Of a stretch of DNA of 64,000 nucleotides, positions 58,165-64,000 are shown piece by piece. Numbering within the stretch: position 1 is the stretch's first letter; every line of letters starts with the position of its first letter. Source of the stretch: a virus; IMG/VR virus record IMGVR_UViG_3300027852_000040, positions 5,214 through 69,213 of that record. One strand, written 5' to 3'. The notes beneath the pieces were generated by a model. That model was not told where the DNA came from, did no database searches, and saw only the letters and a program-made list of their open reading frames with translations. The translations under genes and the position numbers were made by a program.

Positions 58165-60529
58165 CTTCCTTAAAATTCATATACAACTTCCTCTTCCAAC
58201 GTTTACTCTTAGGTTTAACTGTAGGCCAAACGTTTATATGTGTCATGTTAATCGCTGACAATACTCTCTCAAATTTTTTCATTACTTGATTTTCAAATAT
58301 TTTTGGTTTATCTATCTCAAAGTCTGATACTGGAACATTTTCAATTAAAGGTACACAAGCAATTTCTATCTTTCTAATGTTACCTTCTTTTATTAAATTT
58401 TTACACTTTTCACATATTAATGCGTCATTTGATGCACTTTCAAGATAATTAATATATTTACAACCTTTAGATGTACATTCTACTCTAATTACCTCACATG
58501 GTACTGTATACACAAAATTATACTTTCCTACACCGATGTTGGCGTTGTATTTAAAGTTACAATATTCTGCAGACTTATGATATAAGTTTTTAATCTTATA
58601 CTTATTAAAGCTCTTACTAAAAGATTTAGGTATAGAATAGTAACGTAAATTCTCTTCTACATTATCTATTTTCTTAAAGTACTTTTTCAATAATACATGT
58701 ATCCACAAAAAGTTAACATTATCGGAATGATATAAAACCATTTTACACAATTCCTTCTGTGAATCCACAGATATCTGAGCATTATCTGACCGTATAAAAT
58801 CCATACCAGTTACTCCAAATTTAGGTGGATCTATAAACTTTCCATCTTTATATGATAAAAGGTATACATATCTCTTCTTCTTTTCTACTAATAATAGTTT
58901 ATCGAAGAATTTTTCGAAAGCAATTGGAAATGAATGATTTATTCCCTTTAATTTAGAATATAAGTCTAGTATCAAATTTAACCTAGATTGTATATTAACT
59001 TCACAATCCTCTACACTATCCGCCTGTATGTAAAATGAATCAGTATCAGACATTAATACTAATCTCTTAATAAATAAACGAACAAACTTATTTACCTCTC
59101 GTCCAATATAAGTAGTGGAAGCTCCAACCCTAACATCGTTCAAACGGAAATTTTTAAAGTTAGATACTCCATATAAAGCATTAACTAGAAATTTAGTGGC
59201 AAATTGTTTATTATCCCACAATTCATACTCCTTTGTACCAAAGTCATAAGTATCTCTTATTCTCTTATACTCATTACGTAAACTTTCTAATTTAATAAAC
59301 AAGTTTGGCATTAATCCAACTGGACTTTTCTTAAAATATACTCCATTCCCAACTTTATATTTATCACACTCATCATCTTCATCTACAATTGTTTCAATAG
59401 ACATATTAAAGCTTTTCATGATAGTAGGATAGAGAGCCGAAAAATCAAACGAACTAACATTACTATGTACTCCCTTCACTGGATCGATTACAATTGCACC
59501 TTTAAGTTCCTTATAATCCAATGTCTTTTTTGTAGGCAATATATAAGTCTTGTCCTGAAGTAACATGTTATCCAGTAATGCTGAATACCATAATGTAAAT
59601 TTCATTTGAGATCCACTTAAGATTTGTAACTCATAATAGAAATCAATTAATCCTACCTTCTTATCTAATTCCACCATTATCTGAACATCTTTTTTATTAT
59701 ACTCAATTAACTTATCTAAAGGTAAATCCCCAGGTAACTCCTCATCATCTAACCGATTCCAATACTCTTCACCTAACTCGGCCTCAGCTACTCCCTTTAG
59801 ATTAAATGACCTCAGTTCACCGAAATGTAAATTTCTATAAGCAGCTAACAGATCAAATACCGTTCTACCAGAAATTGCTATCTCCCAATCTCTTACATCT
59901 GTATAATTTAACGGTGATAGTTTATTAGGATCTAATCCATATAATTTCATTCTATCAATTATATACGGCATATCAAATTCTATGTTCCACGCAGTAATGA
60001 CATCAGGGTCGAGTATCGTGACTAGTTTCATGAAGTCTACTAATATCTTATGTTCACTAGTTCCATATAAAGTAAAGTATTTTTCCAAAAAACTATCATA
60101 TACTACCATTGATATGATGGGGACCACACTAGACACTGGGAAAGGGTCACCTTTATGTGTATCTGTTTCGATGTCGAGATACATTACTCTTAATGGTGTT
60201 TTTTCAATTTTATAATGTGTATCGATTAGAAATCTTTCTGTATATAAGACATCTGCCTCGTATGTATTTATATAATTAGACTTTAATATTCGAACATCAT
60301 TTGGACGATTAACTACAATCTTTTTTACATTGTCTCCATGTATTGTGGGAGTGTTAACTGCCTCGACTCTTTTTATTAAATTGCTACTCGGTATTTTCGA
60401 GTCTACGTCTATATAGAAGTAAGGTTCAAATCCTTCGTGTATATCATGTGTCCTATTTCCATCCATGTCTCGATCGAAGATGTGGATATTTGGTTTACCG
60501 TCCTTATTAAATTGATACTCAATTTGCAT
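58145..60529 (-). CDS. polB: Family B DNA polymerase
   Basis: ExoI LDIET, ExoII WNIEFD, motif A FDFSALYPT, B KFLVNALYG, C MSDTDS, KKRY. Confidence 0.95.
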   Translation of the reverse strand: MQIEYQFNKDGKPNIHIFDRDMDGNRTHDIHEGFEPYFYIDVDSKIPSSNLIKRVEAVNTPTIHGDNVKKIVVNRPNDVRILKSNYINTYEADVLYTERFLIDTHYKIEKTPLRVMYLDIETDTHKGDPFPVSSVVPIISMVVYDSFLEKYFTLYGTSEHKILVDFMKLVTILDPDVITAWNIEFDMPYIIDRMKLYGLDPNKLSPLNYTDVRDWEIAISGRTVFDLLAAYRNLHFGELRSFNLKGVAEAELGEEYWNRLDDEELPGDLPLDKLIEYNKKDVQIMVELDKKVGLIDFYYELQILSGSQMKFTLWYSALLDNMLLQDKTYILPTKKTLDYKELKGAIVIDPVKGVHSNVSSFDFSALYPTIMKSFNMSIETIVDEDDECDKYKVGNGVYFKKSPVGLMPNLFIKLESLRNEYKRIRDTYDFGTKEYELWDNKQFATKFLVNALYGVSNFKNFRLNDVRVGASTTYIGREVNKFVRLFIKRLVLMSDTDSFYIQADSVEDCEVNIQSRLNLILDLYSKLKGINHSFPIAFEKFFDKLLLVEKKKRYVYLLSYKDGKFIDPPKFGVTGMDFIRSDNAQISVDSQKELCKMVLYHSDNVNFLWIHVLLKKYFKKIDNVEENLRYYSIPKSFSKSFNKYKIKNLYHKSAEYCNFKYNANIGVGKYNFVYTVPCEVIRVECTSKGCKYINYLESASNDALICEKCKNLIKEGNIRKIEIACVPLIENVPVSDFEIDKPKIFENQVMKKFERVLSAINMTHINVWPTVKPKSKRWKRKLYMNFKEDDLHDR

Positions 60530-60553
60530 ATGTATATTCCTCCTTTATTGTTC

Positions 60554-61147
60554 TTAAAATCCTTCTAATAAGAATTTCAAGGATAAATTATTTATCTCTC
60601 TCATTCCCTTTCCACTTTTAAGTTCATGATAATTCTTTTGATGCATATATAATGGAATGTAAATTATAGTTCTTCCAGTCATGTGATGAATAGCAAAGAT
60701 ATTATTTTCCTCTTTACAATAATTATCGCCTAAGAAAAATATAGGCTTCAATTGGCCTCTACTTTTACATGACTCTCTTTCTCTCCACTTTCCATCAATA
60801 TAAGTTGGATGACTTTCTCCAAATTTTCCAAAATTAGGATTATCTTTACCACAACATTTTCCCTTACGAGCTTTACTCATTTTTTCTTTAGTGTCATTGG
60901 AAAGATGTTTTCCTTTATGTACCTTATTCATTTTTTCTTTAGTTTCAGTGGAATGATGCTTTCCAAACATAGGATTATTTTCTCCTTTCTTACAACAAGA
61001 CTTACATAAATCACGATAACCACTCTTAAAAAGCATCCTCTCCTTCCCACATTTATCACAAATGCAAACTATCTTTTTATCACTCTTTAGACTTAACTCA
61101 TACGAATGATAACCAAATAACTCAAACGTCTTTTCTTCATCAATCAT
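60554..61147 (-). CDS. Zn-ribbon/NUMOD3/HNH-like protein (copy 6)
   Basis: Family motifs; directly upstream of polB. Confidence 0.7.
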   Translation of the reverse strand: MIDEEKTFELFGYHSYELSLKSDKKIVCICDKCGKERMLFKSGYRDLCKSCCKKGENNPMFGKHHSTETKEKMNKVHKGKHLSNDTKEKMSKARKGKCCGKDNPNFGKFGESHPTYIDGKWRERESCKSRGQLKPIFFLGDNYCKEENNIFAIHHMTGRTIIYIPLYMHQKNYHELKSGKGMREINNLSLKFLLEGF

Positions 61148-61557
61148 CTATACATTCCATTGTTATTGAATTTAATATTCTTTTTCATTTTACTATAGTT
61201 AGAATGATTACTCATGAAATCTTCTTCTTCTTCACTATCTACTGTACCAAGAATATTTGCCCTAATAACTCCATCATTTTGTATCTCCAATAGTTCAACA
61301 CTTTTACTTAAGGAAGAAGATAGATTACTTTCTAACAATAATAACATTTCAGTAGGATAGATTATTCCATTCATACTATCCACAATTGTCATAAGATATT
61401 CCAAAGCTTCTATTAATTTATCTACTTCATTATGTAGTTTATTACATGTACCATTAACTTCATCAATATATGACCTCTCAAAAAGTACAACATTTTCGTC
61501 TATATCAGATTTCATTAGTATACGTTTCTCAATACTACTATTATCTTCACTTGACAT
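61144..61557 (-). CDS. Hypothetical helical protein
   Basis: ORF; weak similarity to upstream neighbour (G.xYP). Confidence 0.55.
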   Translation of the reverse strand: MSSEDNSSIEKRILMKSDIDENVVLFERSYIDEVNGTCNKLHNEVDKLIEALEYLMTIVDSMNGIIYPTEMLLLLESNLSSSLSKSVELLEIQNDGVIRANILGTVDSEEEEDFMSNHSNYSKMKKNIKFNNNGMYR

Positions 61558-61963
61558 TTAAATCACCATTCTCAATACTTTCCTTTAATTTATTCATATC
61601 ATTCTTCGAAATCGCTTCATCCACTTTAACAAACGTGTTATGTAATTCAATTACTATACTATTTCTAATGCTAAACGTTAAATCTATCAACGACTTTAAC
61701 ATTACTATAATATTAGACGGATAAGCGTTAATACCACTATCATGTGATGTATGCTCCAATTTACTCCAATTATCAGCTAATTCATCTATCATATCATGAG
61801 TTTCATTCAATCTTTCAATCAACTCCAATAATACATCAGACTTTTCTTCCGGCGTAACCTTAACCGTCATCTGTACACTAGGTATACTTGTGTTCATATT
61901 ATTCATATTATCTTCAGTCATACTACTACTTCCAACAATTATGTACACTAACTGGTTCACCAT
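61547..61963 (-). CDS. Hypothetical helical protein (true start probably MTEDN)
   Basis: ORF track; coiled-coil pattern. Confidence 0.55.
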   Translation of the reverse strand: MVNQLVYIIVGSSSMTEDNMNNMNTSIPSVQMTVKVTPEEKSDVLLELIERLNETHDMIDELADNWSKLEHTSHDSGINAYPSNIIVMLKSLIDLTFSIRNSIVIELHNTFVKVDEAISKNDMNKLKESIENGDLNVK

Positions 61964-62168
61964 TTAATGGTAATACGTAATCAATACCTAATATATTTAT
62001 TACCACCTCATTACATTCGTCGCATTTAGTTAAATCTCTTACACTCAAATGCCTATTTACATCTCTTTTTGTTATATTATATACCATTTATATCACTCCT
62101 TTGTTTTTTCTAAATTCTTATGCTTATACTTATACCTATTCTCCTACACTTCAATCAATCAATATCCA

Positions 62169-62450
62169 CTACACTCCACAATAATGTTCAGATGATCCTG
62201 GATATCGCCCAACTAAATCATAAACATATTTACGACCACAAATCGGACATCTTCTATAATGTTCAGTTCCCACCCAACTAGTCCCATGTTCATATAATTC
62301 ACGACTTTCTTTATTATCCCATTCCTCAATATCCACTACAACACCATCTTTAATTTGTAGTGTACGAGTAATGCCGTCGATTATTACATAAGCAGTGGTT
62401 AATTGCTTTAAGATTTCATTTTTAACTTTTATATCTTCTTTTTTATTCAT
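62169..62450 (-). CDS. Small Zn-finger protein
   Basis: CPICG...HYC; GGAGG RBS. Confidence 0.55.
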   Translation of the reverse strand: MNKKEDIKVKNEILKQLTTAYVIIDGITRTLQIKDGVVVDIEEWDNKESRELYEHGTSWVGTEHYRRCPICGRKYVYDLVGRYPGSSEHYCGV

Positions 62451-62459
62451 TTATGCCTC

Positions 62460-62936
62460 CTATACTTCCACCATTTCCTCCGATTCCACTGTAAACTCCT
62501 TCCCACCGGAACATTTATATGTGTTTACTATTACTTTCTTCTTATATCTCTTTGTTACAGTTTTCACCACTTCTGTTATATCTTCTCCCTTAACTTCTAT
62601 TACTTTATTATCAGTTGTTTCTTTTTGTCTGATTAATTTACATTTAGTTGGATTCATTAATTTAATCATACAATTAAATTTTCCCCAAACAAACATTACT
62701 TCTTGTGTGGGTTTATCTAATATTGGCTTCAATTTTATACCTAAACCTTTTTCTATGAAATCTTTTATTTCCATAGTTTCTACATCAGTGTCGGGACTCA
62801 TGTATATATATCCACCTCTAAAAATGGATTCACCAAATTCAAATGATATGTATAGGTTTTCATATTTGTTTATTAATTCTTCTGTAAAGTTGTATAGTAT
62901 ATATCTTGTTACTTTTCTTATATCTCTTATGTTCAT
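62460..62936 (-). CDS. Early hypothetical protein, paralog of 63607-63927
   Basis: YISFEFGESIFRGG vs FISFQFCTSIHEGG; LGIKL vs LNIKL. Confidence 0.65.
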   Translation of the reverse strand: MNIRDIRKVTRYILYNFTEELINKYENLYISFEFGESIFRGGYIYMSPDTDVETMEIKDFIEKGLGIKLKPILDKPTQEVMFVWGKFNCMIKLMNPTKCKLIRQKETTDNKVIEVKGEDITEVVKTVTKRYKKKVIVNTYKCSGGKEFTVESEEMVEV

Positions 62937-62963
62937 TTTTGTTCTCCATTATTTTAATGTTTT

Positions 62964-63011
62964 ATTATATATAATATATATATACATTTAATCATACATC
63001 AATCTTTTGGT
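62964..63011 (-). promoter_or_regulatory. Leftward promoter repeat
   Basis: ACCAAAAGATTGATGTATGATTAAATGTATATATAT on - strand. Confidence 0.7.
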
Positions 63012-63272
63012 GCATATTGCCCCACATGTTCACATCTATATTATTTCATCTATAATTCACTTACTCGTATAATATATTTACTATAACACATGTCATAATT
63101 ATAGAGATCGTATATATTATTATCATTAACAATAATTCTTTAATTCTCTCAATATCAAACATATTAACTCACCACCATATTAATATGGATACCATTAACA
63201 TTATCAATGTTATATCTACTATCATCCATGCTATATCATTCTTTGATTGCTTATCTACTTTTATCTTTTCAT

Positions 63273-63464
63273 TCATCTACAACACCTTTTCACCATTTCC
63301 ATGTCCACATTTAAGTCATCAGAATAATACTTTAAAATTAAATCACTATCTTTCACAATTTGTTTTAATTCTTCATTAAATTCAATTAATTCAGCTACAC
63401 CTACTAGAAAATCAATCCCCATTAACGCATCTTTTACTACATTAAACATATTTACCATTTTCAC
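63273..63464 (-). CDS. Hypothetical protein
   Basis: GGTGGTG upstream. Confidence 0.45.
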   Translation of the reverse strand: MKMVNMFNVVKDALMGIDFLVGVAELIEFNEELKQIVKDSDLILKYYSDDLNVDMEMVKRCCR

Positions 63465-63606
63465 ACACCACCTTTATACTCCCAATACTGACAATAGTCC
63501 AATTAACATAATTACTGCTGCTCCACCACTAGTAAATGTTATCACCATTTCTTCAACTTCTGTCATTTCTATGTTCTCCTTTTTATTTTTATTTTATTTT
63601 ATCTTA

Positions 63607-63927
63607 TTATGCTTTATTATAACTAATAAATATACGACTATTATCCTTTTTCCACCCAAATTGTATTTGTTTTATAGTTACACCTAATACTGACTCTAAT
63701 TTTATATTTAAACTCTCCTCTATTAAATTTATTATACCAATCATTTCAGCTTCAGTTTGTGGAACTATATGCATATCTCCACCTTCGTGTATACTTGTAC
63801 AAAATTGAAATGATATGAATGTGTTTTTATATTCACTTAGTATATCTTCTGCTAAATTGTGTAATGACTTTCTTGTTGCTACATCTCCATTTTCCTTTTT
63901 CGTTCCCATTTCTTCAACTTCTATCAT
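63607..63927 (-). CDS. Early hypothetical protein
   Basis: AAGGAG RBS behind promoter repeat. Confidence 0.65.
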   Translation of the reverse strand: MIEVEEMGTKKENGDVATRKSLHNLAEDILSEYKNTFISFQFCTSIHEGGDMHIVPQTEAEMIGIINLIEESLNIKLESVLGVTIKQIQFGWKKDNSRIFISYNKA

Positions 63928-63954
63928 TTTTATGTTCTCCTTTTATTTTATTTT

Positions 63955-64000
63955 ATTATATATAATATATATACAATTAATCATACATCAATCTTTTGGT
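63955..64000 (-). promoter_or_regulatory. Leftward promoter repeat
   Basis: ACCAAAAGATTGATGTATGATTAATTGTATATATATT on - strand. Confidence 0.7.

Noticed and set aside
60423-60433. GGTTCAAATCC T-loop-like sequence
   Set aside because: Antisense within polB with no cloverleaf around it
1-64000. Alternative genetic code, or inteins/introns in polB, nrdD, terL
   Set aside because: Genes are full-length and contiguous under the standard code; no intein or splice motifs noticed

Overview
AT-rich genome segment of a tailed (Caudoviricetes, siphovirus-like) virus, most likely infecting an anaerobic archaeon. The host inference rests on GGTGA/GGAGG Shine-Dalgarno sites, TATA-type promoters, a tRNA-Gly with an A73 discriminator and no encoded CCA, a class III RNR, a methanogen-like ThyA, Gat-QueC and an LVIVD adhesin. 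The + strand (1-41.7 kb, with a short - island at 36.6-38.3 kb) carries modification enzymes and a full morphogenesis module: portal-MuF fusion, prohead protease, scaffolds, MCP, tail tube, chaperone with -1 frameshift, tape measure, baseplate and terminase. The - strand (41.7-64 kb) carries a solo TopoVI-A/Spo11 homolog, RecU-like resolvase, a 7-deazaguanine pathway (FolE, Gat-QueC, QueE, QueD), dUTPase, NrdD, RNase H, PolB and small early genes behind a repeated promoter. The main finding is a five-member paralog family, each built from a conserved N-terminal leader, a variable number (3/11/7/3/8) of 24-aa helical repeats with hypervariable positions, and an R-S-E type ADP-ribosyltransferase domain. 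It is a candidate virion-loaded, repeat-retargeted host-takeover system. Also notable: a 119-bp palindrome-rich direct repeat bracketing the whole 32.4-kb morphogenesis block, six Zn-ribbon/NUMOD3/HNH-like genes, and a tRNA-Gly with a non-canonical anticodon loop. All calls come from reading motifs by eye; no searches were run.
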